Positions 30,409-41,079 of a stretch of DNA of 64,000 nucleotides are shown here, in pieces. Origin of the DNA: a bacterium (GTDB lineage: Bacteria; Pseudomonadota; Gammaproteobacteria; GCA-002705445; GCA-002716945). The notes beneath the pieces were generated by a model, which saw only the letters and a list, made by a program, of their open reading frames with translations, was not told where the DNA came from and ran no database searches. Made by a program: the position numbers and the translations under genes. The DNA lies in contig JAPOHH010000002.1 in NCBI GenBank assembly GCA_029979505.1, positions 118-64,117 of the forward strand. The letters run 5' to 3'. Positions within the stretch are counted from its first letter, which is position 1, and each line of letters begins with the position of its first letter.

Positions 30409-31720
30409 CTTTTATATATTTAATAACATTTTTCGTGTTCTTATTAGATAATATTAAGATATTATCAAATTTTTTTTCATTGGACAGATATTGGCCTATT
30501 TGAGATTCACATTCAATAACATTTATTTTAATGTTATTGCTGAAGTACCTCTTAAGCTTATTATTATTAGTTATTATAAGTACTGAGTTAGACTTTTTGA
30601 GTGACATTAATAGATTATTGTTATGTACACCAAGATTTATAGAATTTGAATTTGGGAGGAATATAGTCAGCATACTCTTCTTTTTATATTTATTTTTGAT
30701 TGTTTCAATCGCAGATTTTATCGCAGTAGGATGATGTGCAAAATCATCAAATATGTTGATATTATTTATATTACCTATAAATTCCATTCTTTTTTTAACA
30801 CCCTTAAATGATGATAAGCTTTCTATTTGCTTGTCTATCTTATTACTGATTTGATTGCATGTAGCTAGTGAGAATACAGCATTGATGTAATTATGATGAC
30901 CCATTAAATTAGTTGGTAACTTATATGTTTTATTTTTTATTTTTAATTTATAGTAATCAGATTTTTCTAAGCTATACTCGCCAGAATCTTTTTTTGTATT
31001 TACAGATATAAGTTTTGACCAACATCCTAGATTAAGTAAATCTCTTATATTTTTATCATTAGTGTTGAATATTATTTTTCCATTAGATGGAATAAGTCTG
31101 ATCATATGATGAAATGATTTTTTAATATCATCAATATTTTTAAATATATCAGCATGATCAAACTCAATATTATTGATTACGAGAGTATTGGGTTTGTAGT
31201 GAATAAATTTTGATCTTTTATCGAAGAATGCCGTATCATATTCATCAGCTTCTATTATAAAGTATTTTGATTTTGTTAATTTTACAGAAGCCATCGTTCC
31301 AGACGGATCACCTCCGATTAGATAACTAGGATTTAATTTCAACTTATTCATTATATGAGCAATCATTGTAGTCGTAGTCGTTTTTCCATGTGTACCACTA
31401 ATGGCGATAATATGTTTATTTTTTAATATATTTTTAGCTAACCACTCAGGGCCTGAAGTATAATTTAATTTATATTTTAAAATATACTCAACAACAGGAT
31501 TACCTCTTGTCATAACATTGCCAATTAGTATTAAATCTTTATTTTTTATGTCTTTAATCTTATGGCCAATAATTATATTAATATCATGTTTTTCAAGCAC
31601 TGATTTTATAGGATCATAAGCTGCACTATCAGAGCCAGTAACGTCGTGACCTATCTTTTTTGCAAGGATTGCAATACCTGACATAAATGTTCCACAAATC
31701 CCTAGGATGTGAATCTTCAT
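30392..31720 (-). CDS. mpl: Murein peptide ligase
   Basis: HILGICGTFM, GTHGKTTT, EADEYDTAFFDKRSKF, DDFAHHP. Confidence 0.95.
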   Translation of the reverse strand: MKIHILGICGTFMSGIAILAKKIGHDVTGSDSAAYDPIKSVLEKHDINIIIGHKIKDIKNKDLILIGNVMTRGNPVVEYILKYKLNYTSGPEWLAKNILKNKHIIAISGTHGKTTTTTMIAHIMNKLKLNPSYLIGGDPSGTMASVKLTKSKYFIIEADEYDTAFFDKRSKFIHYKPNTLVINNIEFDHADIFKNIDDIKKSFHHMIRLIPSNGKIIFNTNDKNIRDLLNLGCWSKLISVNTKKDSGEYSLEKSDYYKLKIKNKTYKLPTNLMGHHNYINAVFSLATCNQISNKIDKQIESLSSFKGVKKRMEFIGNINNINIFDDFAHHPTAIKSAIETIKNKYKKKSMLTIFLPNSNSINLGVHNNNLLMSLKKSNSVLIITNNNKLKRYFSNNIKINVIECESQIGQYLSNEKKFDNILILSNKNTKNVIKYIKDELHG

Positions 31721-32232
31721 ATAAGTAAGGAAAGGACGATAATAAGCATAAACCCTATTATCATGCTATACAAAAATGAAATTGATAAACCCATAAAAGT
31801 TGTACAGTCTAATGTATGTTTAAATACGTGCCCATAAATAAGCCATGAGTATACTGTCGCTATCATGATTATATATATTACTGATTTTGAATCTCCACTT
31901 AAAAAGAAAATGGCACTGGTTATAAAGCCTATAATTGCATGTATTCCTAATATAGTTGTTGCTGACTGTACATAACGTATTTTATAACCTTTATTTTCCG
32001 TCATGTTTTCTTTGACACTCAAAATTGTTTGAACAAAAAATAAACTTGCTCCAACGTATATTAGTGCAGTTATCACTGCGATCCCAAGGTTATAGTTAAT
32101 ATCATTAGGAATTAAACTGATAAGGATATTTGCTATAATGAATACGTTAAGTAGATTCTTACTCGATGGAAGATCCTGTGGCCCTTTTTTGAAGAGCATT
32201 ATATCTGTGAAAGTTGTGAATATTCCATTCAT
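31717..32232 (-). CDS. Hypothetical membrane protein
   Basis: Five hydrophobic segments, GPQDLP motif; coupled to mpl. Confidence 0.7.
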   Translation of the reverse strand: MNGIFTTFTDIMLFKKGPQDLPSSKNLLNVFIIANILISLIPNDINYNLGIAVITALIYVGASLFFVQTILSVKENMTENKGYKIRYVQSATTILGIHAIIGFITSAIFFLSGDSKSVIYIIMIATVYSWLIYGHVFKHTLDCTTFMGLSISFLYSMIIGFMLIIVLSLLI

Positions 32233-32276
32233 AAAGTGGTATAATTTGGTCTAATATTTATTAGAAGGATAGCATA

Positions 32277-32906
32277 TTGGACGACAAGTCTATAATTAAA
32301 TCATATAAAAGAGTATCAAGTTTTTATGATTATACGTTTGGCAAGGTATTCAGACCTGGCCAAAAAAAATTAGTCAGTATGATGGAGTGTACTTCCACTG
32401 ACAAAGTTCTAGAGATTGGTATAGGCACTGGAACATCATATAGTTTTTATCCTGAGGAAACCTCAGTGGTTGGTATAGATATTTCTCCTGATATGTTACA
32501 AAGAGCTGAAAATCACATAAGAACTTCTAATCTTAAAAATAAAAGAGTCATTATGATGAATGGCGAGAACTTGGACTTTGAAGATAACTCATTTGATAAA
32601 GTTGTTGGAATGTATGTAGTCTCTGTTACTCAGAACCCTGATCTATTAATCAAAGAAATGAAGAGAGTTTGCAAACCTAATGGCGATATTTATCTTGTTA
32701 ATCATTTTAGCTTTGATACTGATAATAGAATAGTAAAGTTTTTAGAAAAAAGATTGATGCCAATAAGTAAATACCTTGGTTGGAGACCTTATTTCCCATT
32801 TTCTGAGTTCAATGCTTATGCAAAATTAAATGTTCAGTCAATTTCAAAAATTAATATTTTTGATTATTGGGGAATAATTCACGCAATAAATAGTCCGGCT
32901 GATTAA
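32277..32906 (+). CDS. Class I SAM methyltransferase, PmtA-like phospholipid N-methyltransferase
   Basis: YDYTFG, VLEIGIGTG, RVCKPNG, VNHF. Confidence 0.75.
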   Translation: MDDKSIIKSYKRVSSFYDYTFGKVFRPGQKKLVSMMECTSTDKVLEIGIGTGTSYSFYPEETSVVGIDISPDMLQRAENHIRTSNLKNKRVIMMNGENLDFEDNSFDKVVGMYVVSVTQNPDLLIKEMKRVCKPNGDIYLVNHFSFDTDNRIVKFLEKRLMPISKYLGWRPYFPFSEFNAYAKLNVQSISKINIFDYWGIIHAINSPAD

Positions 32907-33217
32907 GATACTGCCTCATCAATCATTTTTTGCAATTCACCAGATTTATGCAAATCTAATGTTATATCACAGCCACCAATAAGTTCACCTTTAATATATA
33001 GCTGAGGAAATGTTGGCCAATCTGCAAACTTAGGAAGCTCTTGCATAATCTCTGAGTCTAGAATGACATTTACGTATGAAAATTCTTTACCACAACTTTT
33101 AAGTGCCTCTACAGTTCTAGATGAAAAACCGCACATCGGCATTTGTGGTGTTCCTTTCATATAGATTATTACTGGGCTCTCTTCTACTTGTTTTTTTATT
33201 CTTTCTAATGCTGACAT
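32903..33217 (-). CDS. grxD: Monothiol glutaredoxin
   Basis: KGTPQMPMCGFS, WPTFPQLY, GGCD. Confidence 0.96.
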   Translation of the reverse strand: MSALERIKKQVEESPVIIYMKGTPQMPMCGFSSRTVEALKSCGKEFSYVNVILDSEIMQELPKFADWPTFPQLYIKGELIGGCDITLDLHKSGELQKMIDEAVS

Positions 33218-33252
33218 AATTTCTCCTTTATATATATTGAATTATATATGTA

Positions 33253-35025
33253 CTATATCTTTACATCAATATTAAGTTGAAACCACCTTTCTAGTAAGGT
33301 AAAGTGCCAGAGTTCATTGCCATTCAAGTTAGTAAAATTTTCGTTTGGTTCATGAAGTAATTTATCAATATACTTCCTATTATATATATCTCTATTTAAA
33401 GCAGCATCGCTATTAAGTATTTTGTTACAATAATCATAGAATTTATCTTTGATAATTTTAAGTGGCGGAACAGGAAAGTAAAATTTATCTCTATAAATTA
33501 TTTCTTCTTTAAGATAATCCTCAGAAAGTTTTTTTAAATAGTATTTGCTGGTATTTTTGATTTTATCGGACCCTTTTACAGACAACATGAAAGTGATTAA
33601 ATCTATATCAAGAAAAGGAACCCTTGCTTCTAGTGCGTGTGCCATTGTCATATTATCAACACGTTTTACAGGATCATCGATTATAAACATTGAAAGTTCT
33701 AAACGAAATACTTTATCTAATGTTGTTAAATCAGGACTCATTTCATTCATTAATTTACTAATATCATCATGTACATGATTACCATCAATATATTTACTAT
33801 TTACGATATTTTTATAGTCATCAAAAGATCTATCAAAATAATATTTAGATAATGTTTCAATTTCTTTAGATTCTTTATCTCTCATAATCTTTTCATACCA
33901 AAAATATCCTCCAAAAACTTCATCAGCACCTTGCCCACTTAGAACTACTTTATTATGCCTAGATACTTTATTTGCTAGTAAAAAGAATGCTGATGAATCC
34001 TGACTAACCATAGGCTCGCTCATATTTGAGATTACCAAGTCGAGATTATTAAATAGTTCTTTATCATCAATATTATATTTTATATGTGAGGTCTGGAAAT
34101 CCTTTGCGACTATATCTGAATAATAAAATTCATTACCAACTTCTTCGTTGATAGTATTGAAACCAATAGAGTATGTACTAATATCATCTTTGTATTTTTT
34201 TGCTATTGCTGTAATTAAACTTGAATCAAGACCACCTGATAATAATATACCGACTGGTACATCAGCTATATTAATTCTTTTTTCAACAGCTTTCCTGAGA
34301 AGATATTTTGAATGCTCTAGAATATCTTCTTCATTTTTATTCTCTACACCAACTTCATTAACATTGTAATATTTATTTATATAAGATTTTCCAGCTTTTG
34401 TAATATTCATATAATGACCTGGTTCTAGTTTATGTATGTCATTTATTAATGTATGTGGTGCAGGTACTACTGAATGAAGTGTAAATTGATACTGGAGTGC
34501 TATTGGATTTATTTGAATATTATCACCTTTTCTTATAAGACCACTCATCGATGAAGAAAATATAAATCTATTTTGATTTAATGAATAATAAAGAGGTTTT
34601 ATTCCTATTCTATCTCTAGCTAAGAACAAATTATGTTTCTTAATGTCGTATATTGCAAATGAAAAAACACCATCTAAATACTTTACACATTCATTTCCAT
34701 ATTCGATATATAATCTAATGATTACTTCTGTATCTCCGGAAGAATTAAAAATGTGACCTTTTTTAACTAGATTATTTCGAATTTCTTTATAGTTATAAAT
34801 AACCCCATTGAATATAATCACCATGTCATCAATTCTCATCGGTTGATTTGATTTCTTAGAAGTATCAATTATAGATAGTCTATGATGACCGAGGAATATA
34901 TTTTTATCTTTAAATGTGCCTTTTGAATCATTTCCACGACTGGCAATGGAGTTCATTAAATTAGTTAATTGATTATCATTGAAATCTCTCTCATCAAATT
35001 TAAATTCACCACAAATTCCACACAT
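33253..35025 (-). CDS. Asparagine synthase-family amidotransferase, NAGGN amidotransferase-like
   Basis: N-terminal CGICGE, LSGGLDSS, SGQGADE, DDPVKRVDNMTMA. Confidence 0.8.
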   Translation of the reverse strand: MCGICGEFKFDERDFNDNQLTNLMNSIASRGNDSKGTFKDKNIFLGHHRLSIIDTSKKSNQPMRIDDMVIIFNGVIYNYKEIRNNLVKKGHIFNSSGDTEVIIRLYIEYGNECVKYLDGVFSFAIYDIKKHNLFLARDRIGIKPLYYSLNQNRFIFSSSMSGLIRKGDNIQINPIALQYQFTLHSVVPAPHTLINDIHKLEPGHYMNITKAGKSYINKYYNVNEVGVENKNEEDILEHSKYLLRKAVEKRINIADVPVGILLSGGLDSSLITAIAKKYKDDISTYSIGFNTINEEVGNEFYYSDIVAKDFQTSHIKYNIDDKELFNNLDLVISNMSEPMVSQDSSAFFLLANKVSRHNKVVLSGQGADEVFGGYFWYEKIMRDKESKEIETLSKYYFDRSFDDYKNIVNSKYIDGNHVHDDISKLMNEMSPDLTTLDKVFRLELSMFIIDDPVKRVDNMTMAHALEARVPFLDIDLITFMLSVKGSDKIKNTSKYYLKKLSEDYLKEEIIYRDKFYFPVPPLKIIKDKFYDYCNKILNSDAALNRDIYNRKYIDKLLHEPNENFTNLNGNELWHFTLLERWFQLNIDVKI

Positions 35026-35105
35026 CTCTAGTAATATCTCCTATGGATTAAATAGATTTCTTCATTTATCATTAGACATAATTTTAATCAACAAATGAGG
35101 TATAT

Positions 35106-35723
35106 ATGAATCCTTTATTATCAATAAAAGGTACTATAATTTCGGGTTTTCTACTAGCAATTGTATTTATAATGATACTAGCTGATGGAACTATCCCTAT
35201 AGAAGCTGAGGGCTATATTAGATGGTTACACTACTTATCAGGTGTTACATGGATAGGGCTTCTATACTATTTTAATTTTGTTCAAGTTCCTGCTATGGCT
35301 AAAGCTACTGCAGATAAAGAACCTGGGCCTGCAGCTATAGGTAAATATGTAGCTCCTTTGGCATTATTATGGTTTAGATGGGGAGCTGTCGTTACATGGT
35401 TAACTGGTGCTGCTTATCTTGGTCATCATGGTCAATTTGTTGATGCATTTACATTTGCAGGAGGCTATAGTTCCGTAATAGGTGCGGGGGCCTGGCTTGG
35501 TACAATTATGTTATTTAATGTATGGGTACTAATTTGGCCAAATCAACAAAAAGTATTAGGTTTAGTTGATGCAACTCCTGATGAAATAGCTAAAGCTAAA
35601 ACAACTGCTTTACTTGCATCTAGAACAAATACAGCACTTAGTATTCCTATGCTTCTGTTTATGGGCGCCGCACATCATCCGGGCTTAGTTTCAGTAGCAT
35701 CTTTGATAACAGTAATCGTTTAA
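35106..35723 (+). CDS. PuuD-like membrane protein (no cytochrome c domain)
   Basis: RWLHYLSGVTWIGLLYYFNFVQ, GTIMLFNVWVLIWPNQ, SRTNT. Confidence 0.75.
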   Translation: MNPLLSIKGTIISGFLLAIVFIMILADGTIPIEAEGYIRWLHYLSGVTWIGLLYYFNFVQVPAMAKATADKEPGPAAIGKYVAPLALLWFRWGAVVTWLTGAAYLGHHGQFVDAFTFAGGYSSVIGAGAWLGTIMLFNVWVLIWPNQQKVLGLVDATPDEIAKAKTTALLASRTNTALSIPMLLFMGAAHHPGLVSVASLITVIV

Positions 35724-35725
35724 TC

Positions 35726-35762
35726 AAAAAAAAACCTAACCTGATTACTCAGGTTAGGTTTT
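35726..35762. terminator. Bidirectional intrinsic terminator
   Basis: AAAACCTAACCTGA-TTAC-TCAGGTTAGGTTTT between convergent genes. Confidence 0.9.
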
Positions 35763-35782
35763 AAATACTAAATACAACCAGA

Positions 35783-36859
35783 TTAGAATCTATGAGTTAA
35801 TCCAATACCTCTAGTTGTCACGTCAGATCCTGTTGAATCAAAATCTTGTTTAGCATAACCAAAGACAAGGTCTGATGTTTTGCTAAGATTCATCTTCGCA
35901 GAAATTCCAAGTGTTTTATAGTCTTGCGTAGCTGCTCCGTCTGAATCACCTTTCGCATAAACAACTTGTAAATCTGTAGACCCCATTGAGTAGTGTGTTC
36001 CGATAGTTGTGATATCACCACTTGCAACACCAGATAAGTAACTTCCAGATATTTGTAGATCTTCAAGTGAGACAAAAACGCCAGCATTTGGCATCACTTT
36101 CATTGAAGCATAAAATCTATCATTACTTGTACCGTCAGCTTGTGAGTGACCTCTTGAATAACCTAACACTAACCCAGGCATAAACATGTCTTTGAGTTGA
36201 AGACCCATAGAGTAGTCGCCTTGATCTGTATTTGATTGATCGCCAGCTGCTGTTTCTGTATCATTAACTGCATACTGATATGCTAGCTCTAATGGACCCA
36301 TCTGATTGTGGTATGCAATCATACCTTCAACAGTTCCATCTATACCACCATTACCTCTACTTGTACCACCATGTTGGTTTAATGCCCAAGCAGTATCCAT
36401 ATTGTGGTCAAATTGCCCCATAGTTTTATATGGAGATTCATATGTCCCCATACCAATGTAACCAAAAGCTGTTTTAAATCCTAAATTACCAACATGAAGG
36501 TTAAATGTTCTACAATCATTTGAGCTGTTACAGTTAGTAACACCATCTTCTGATGTGCCATCAATACCATCGAATTTGTATTCTAGATTTCCTATTAATT
36601 GAAGACCTCCTCCTAAGTTTTCTTTAAACTTAAGACCGAGTCTACTTTTGTTTCCACCATCTTCCAATGATTCATCATCAGCAGCTTTACCAACTGATCT
36701 ATCGTCATAACCAACATACATACGTCCGTAGAAATGAACGCCAGATGATGATTTTGCCGATGACATTGAGCTATGTCCATTATCAGACATTGGGTGCCCA
36801 CCTGCATAAGAAGCTAATGAAAATGATGTAAGTAATAAAATACTTAATATTTTTTTCAT
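35783..36859 (-). CDS. Gram-negative porin 2 (probable major porin)
   Basis: Signal peptide, FYGRM, SRLGLK, NLSKTS, terminal GLTHRF; RBS AGGGGA; own terminator. Confidence 0.88.
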   Translation of the reverse strand: MKKILSILLLTSFSLASYAGGHPMSDNGHSSMSSAKSSSGVHFYGRMYVGYDDRSVGKAADDESLEDGGNKSRLGLKFKENLGGGLQLIGNLEYKFDGIDGTSEDGVTNCNSSNDCRTFNLHVGNLGFKTAFGYIGMGTYESPYKTMGQFDHNMDTAWALNQHGGTSRGNGGIDGTVEGMIAYHNQMGPLELAYQYAVNDTETAAGDQSNTDQGDYSMGLQLKDMFMPGLVLGYSRGHSQADGTSNDRFYASMKVMPNAGVFVSLEDLQISGSYLSGVASGDITTIGTHYSMGSTDLQVVYAKGDSDGAATQDYKTLGISAKMNLSKTSDLVFGYAKQDFDSTGSDVTTRGIGLTHRF

Positions 36860-37002
36860 GATTTCCCCTATTGTTTAACGTTAACATCACTATTCTAGGT
36901 GAAATTGCACCAAAAATAAACATTTTTATAGGGTAATACTAATCTATACTGATTATCTAGATTTATAAATAAATTGATATAGAATGTCCTTTCCATGAGA
37001 AA

Positions 37003-38190
37003 ATGGTTATGTCTATGAAAAGCAATATTATGCCAACCTATAATAGGAAGCCTGTTACCTTTGTTAGAGGAGATGGGGTTTACCTATATGATGATAAAGG
37101 TAACAAATATATTGATGCGCTTTGTGGTCTTGCAGTTACAAGCTTAGGGCACTCACATCCTATTATCTCTCAAGCAATCAAGAAACAATCGCAAACATTA
37201 CTTCATACATCAAACGCATTTATCATTGATCACCAGGAGATGCTCGCAAAAAGATTGTGCCAGTTAACAGGTATGGATAATGCATTTTTTTGTAATTCAG
37301 GTGCAGAGGCAGTTGAGGCAGCTATCAAGATTGCAAGAAAATATGGACATGAAAGAGGGTTCAGTAATCCAAAAATTATTGTTATGTCGAATAGTTTTCA
37401 TGGCAGAACAATGGGCGCGATGAGTGCCACGAGTAATAAAAATTCGCATGAATCGTTCGGCCCAATCATAGACGGATTAATAAGAGTCAATTTTAATGAT
37501 ATTGATGATATTAAAAATGTAATAGCCTCTAATGGAGATATTTCAGCAGTTTTATTAGAGCCTATTCAAGGTGAGGGTGGAATTATATCTTGTGATATAG
37601 AATATTTACAAGAATTAGATAAATTATGTAAAGAGAAAGATATACTACTTATGACTGATGAAGTTCAGTCCGGGTTTTGTAGAACAGGGAGATGGTTCAG
37701 TTATCAACATTTCAATATTATTCCAGATGTTGTTATGGTTGCAAAAGCATTAGGTAATGGAGTGCCTATAGGGGCATGTCTTGCTAAAAATGATGCTGCA
37801 AATATTCTAAAAGCAGGTATGCATGGTTCTACTTTTGGTGGTAATTATTTATCTACAGCTGTGGGACTTGCAGTATTAGATGTAATGAGAGATTCGCAGA
37901 TATGTATGAATGTTAAACATATCAGCGATGTAATGAAAAATGCATGCGATAGTCAACTTAATCCTCTTAATGCAGTTTCTGAAATTAGAATTTATGGAAT
38001 GATGATAGGTGTTGAACTAAAAATAAATTGTACAGAACTTGTTGTTAAAGCTCTCGAAAAAGGACTAGTCCTAAATGTAACAAAAGAAAAAATTATTAGA
38101 CTTTTGCCGCCTTTAATCTGTAAAGATGAACATATAATTAAAATAGTCGATATAATAAAACAGTTAATTAAAGAAAATTATGAAAACTAG
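37003..38190 (+). CDS. argD: Acetylornithine aminotransferase
   Basis: FCNSGAEA, FHGRT, EPIQGEGG, DEVQSG, AKALGNG. Confidence 0.92.
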   Translation: MVMSMKSNIMPTYNRKPVTFVRGDGVYLYDDKGNKYIDALCGLAVTSLGHSHPIISQAIKKQSQTLLHTSNAFIIDHQEMLAKRLCQLTGMDNAFFCNSGAEAVEAAIKIARKYGHERGFSNPKIIVMSNSFHGRTMGAMSATSNKNSHESFGPIIDGLIRVNFNDIDDIKNVIASNGDISAVLLEPIQGEGGIISCDIEYLQELDKLCKEKDILLMTDEVQSGFCRTGRWFSYQHFNIIPDVVMVAKALGNGVPIGACLAKNDAANILKAGMHGSTFGGNYLSTAVGLAVLDVMRDSQICMNVKHISDVMKNACDSQLNPLNAVSEIRIYGMMIGVELKINCTELVVKALEKGLVLNVTKEKIIRLLPPLICKDEHIIKIVDIIKQLIKENYEN

Positions 38191-39094
38191 ACACTTTAGA
38201 TCACTCATAGATATTAATACAAGTGAATTTAATAAGATAATTCAAGATGCAATTAGTTATAAAGCATTAGATAAAATTAATAATGTTCCAAGAAATTATA
38301 CTAATAAAACATTAGCAATGATTTTTAAAAAAAACTCTACAAGAACTAGAGTTTCTTTTGAGACCGCTATGTTTAAATTGGGCGGACATGCAATATTTTT
38401 GTCTGAAGATTCTTCACAGCTAAAAAGGGGTGAAGATATTTCTGATACAGGTAAAGTCTTATCAGGTATGGTAGATTTGATAATGATTAGAACTAATAGT
38501 CATGATGAAATCAAAAAACTAGCCGAAAATTCATCAGCACCTGTAATTAATGGATTATGTAATCTATTTCATCCGTGTCAATTATTAGCAGATATGCAAA
38601 CTATAACAGAAATTAAAGGTAATGATTTATCAGACCTTACAATGGCATGGATAGGCGATGGAAATAATATGTGTAATTCATATATAAATGCATCTAAGTT
38701 ACTAGGTTTCAAACTCAAAATTTCTACACCGCACGGCTATGAGCCTGATGATTACACTTTAGATAAATTTGGTGAAAATGTTGAGCTATGTGAATTGCCA
38801 GGTTCTGCTGTTGAAGAGGCTGATGTTGTTACTACAGACGTTTGGACTAGCATGGGAGATGAAAAAGAGGATGAGGAAAGGAAAAAAATATTTAAAAGCT
38901 ACCAAGTTAATATGAATCTTATGTCCAAAGCCAAAGAGAGTGCAATCTTTTTACATTGTTTACCTGCACATAGAGGTGAAGAGATCGATGATATGATTAT
39001 AGACTCTAAATACAGTGCTGTATGGCAGCAAGCACATAATAGGTTATATAGTAGTATGGCTTTAATTAACTTCTTGTTGACAGTTCAAGACTAA
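38180..39094 (+). CDS. argF: Ornithine carbamoyltransferase
   Basis: STRTR, HPCQ, SMG, HCLPAHRG. Confidence 0.95.
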   Translation: MKTRHFRSLIDINTSEFNKIIQDAISYKALDKINNVPRNYTNKTLAMIFKKNSTRTRVSFETAMFKLGGHAIFLSEDSSQLKRGEDISDTGKVLSGMVDLIMIRTNSHDEIKKLAENSSAPVINGLCNLFHPCQLLADMQTITEIKGNDLSDLTMAWIGDGNNMCNSYINASKLLGFKLKISTPHGYEPDDYTLDKFGENVELCELPGSAVEEADVVTTDVWTSMGDEKEDEERKKIFKSYQVNMNLMSKAKESAIFLHCLPAHRGEEIDDMIIDSKYSAVWQQAHNRLYSSMALINFLLTVQD

Positions 39095-40809
39095 AGATTT
39101 TTAATTAAACTTTCTCTAGTTGCTTTGTCATCACATTTCAAAACTTTGTGAATAGCTTTTGCTATCTTCTCAGTATCACTTCGCAGTATAATATTTTTAA
39201 CTTCTGGTATCGCCTGAGGATGCATACTAAAAGATTTTAGACCAAGACCAAGAAGAACTTTAGTATAGAAGGCTTCACCAGCCATCTCACCACAAACACT
39301 AACATCAATTTTAGCTTTGTTACAAGATTCAATAACTTTCTTTACAAGATTGAGCACTGCAGGCTCTGTTGGATCGTAGAGGCTAGATACCTCATCATCA
39401 ATGCGATCAATTGCAAGTGTATACTGAACTAGATCATTTGTTCCTATAGACATAAAATCAATATGTTTAGCCAATATATCCGCCTGCAAAGCGCAAGCTG
39501 GAACTTCTACCATTACTCCAAGAGCATATTCATTCGTAAATTTCTTTCTTTCTTTTTTTAATTCATCTCTAGCATCATTAATAATCTCTTTAGCCTTAAA
39601 GATTTCACTTACATTAGTAATCATAGGAATCAGTATTCTAAGTTTTTTATTATATCCAGCTCTAAGCATAGCTTTAATTTGTGTTTTAAAAATATTTTTT
39701 TCAACAAGACTATATCTAATACCTCGTAGACCCAATGCAGGATTTTTTGCTATATCTCCTGCTTTTATATTTTCTGAGACTTCCTTATCTGAACCTATAT
39801 CAAGAGTTCTTATTGTCACAGTTTTTTTCATCATCTTCTTGAAAACTTTTTTATAAGCGAATACTTGTTCGTCTTCAGTAGGGAGATCACTTCGATTCAT
39901 ATATAGGTATTCTGTTCTATAGAGTCCTATTCCATCACAGTTACCATCTAAAAATTTCACTTCTTCCGATAATTCTATATTGGACATAATTTTTATAATT
40001 TTTCCATCACATGTTACTGATTTCTTCTTTAAAACTTTTTTTAAATCTAAATTTAACGATGTATTTTTATTATTAAGACGTTTGAAATATCTGATTTCAT
40101 TTTCATCTGGATTAATTATAATTTCATTATTCTCTGAGTGCATGATAAGGAAATCATTATCTTTAATAATATTATTTGATGCATCAGCTTTCACCATCAT
40201 AGGTAAAGATAAACTTTTACTTAGAATTGCACTATGAGAGGATTTACTACCATGAGATGTTATTACACCCAAAGCATTACTGTAATATATGTCGATAATT
40301 TCTTTCGGAGTAATTTCATCTGTAATTACAATTTTATTTCGTAAATTAATATTTTTTAAACTCTGATCAGTTGTGTTATTTCTTAAAAAATTTAGAAGAC
40401 TCATAACCATTTGCTTAATGTCTATTAATCTCTCTCTAATATATTTATCTTCAATTCCCTCAAATGATTTTTCAATTTTCTGATATTCAGTAGCGATTGA
40501 CCAATTTACAGTATATAAGTCATTTCTAATTTTTTCAGTGATATTCTTCTGGAAGCTTTTATCATCGATAAAGTACAGTTGAGTTTCCATAAGCTTTTTA
40601 AGCGTTGAATTATCTTTGACCTTATCTCTTGATTTCTCATACTCTTCTCTAATATTTGTTAAAGATTTTTTGAATTTTTCAATCTCCTTTGCAATCTGGG
40701 ATTTCTTGATAAATGAGGGAGCATAGTCAATATTATTTTTATCAATATAAATTGCTTCACCTAAACATATGCCTTTGGAGATACTATCGCCTTTAATTAT
40801 CAGACTCAT
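39091..40809 (-). CDS. ptsI: PTS enzyme I (no GAF domain)
   Basis: SHSAIL phospho-His, GLYRTE, NPALGLRGIR, SIGTNDL, CGEMAG. Confidence 0.92.
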   Translation of the reverse strand: MSLIIKGDSISKGICLGEAIYIDKNNIDYAPSFIKKSQIAKEIEKFKKSLTNIREEYEKSRDKVKDNSTLKKLMETQLYFIDDKSFQKNITEKIRNDLYTVNWSIATEYQKIEKSFEGIEDKYIRERLIDIKQMVMSLLNFLRNNTTDQSLKNINLRNKIVITDEITPKEIIDIYYSNALGVITSHGSKSSHSAILSKSLSLPMMVKADASNNIIKDNDFLIMHSENNEIIINPDENEIRYFKRLNNKNTSLNLDLKKVLKKKSVTCDGKIIKIMSNIELSEEVKFLDGNCDGIGLYRTEYLYMNRSDLPTEDEQVFAYKKVFKKMMKKTVTIRTLDIGSDKEVSENIKAGDIAKNPALGLRGIRYSLVEKNIFKTQIKAMLRAGYNKKLRILIPMITNVSEIFKAKEIINDARDELKKERKKFTNEYALGVMVEVPACALQADILAKHIDFMSIGTNDLVQYTLAIDRIDDEVSSLYDPTEPAVLNLVKKVIESCNKAKIDVSVCGEMAGEAFYTKVLLGLGLKSFSMHPQAIPEVKNIILRSDTEKIAKAIHKVLKCDDKATRESLIKNL

Positions 40810-41075
40810 AAACCCTCATCAAAACCATTTTGGAATAATTCTTCTATAGAGTTCATAGCTTGCTCCTGATCTTCACCATCTATATTTACTTTTAAAACTG
40901 AGCCTCTAGATGCAGACAACATTAATAACTTCATAATACTCCTAGCATCAGCACTTTTGTCATCTTTTACAAGTGTAATTTCTGAATTAAAGTTATTTGA
41001 TAAGGATACTAATTTTGCTGCAGCTCTGGCATGCAGTCCTAATTTATTCAATATTGTTAAGTTTTTAGAAATCAT
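40806..41075 (-). CDS. ptsH: HPr family phosphocarrier
   Basis: NKLGLHARAA, DARSIM. Confidence 0.9.
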   Translation of the reverse strand: MISKNLTILNKLGLHARAAAKLVSLSNNFNSEITLVKDDKSADARSIMKLLMLSASRGSVLKVNIDGEDQEQAMNSIEELFQNGFDEGL

Positions 41076-41079
41076 TGAT

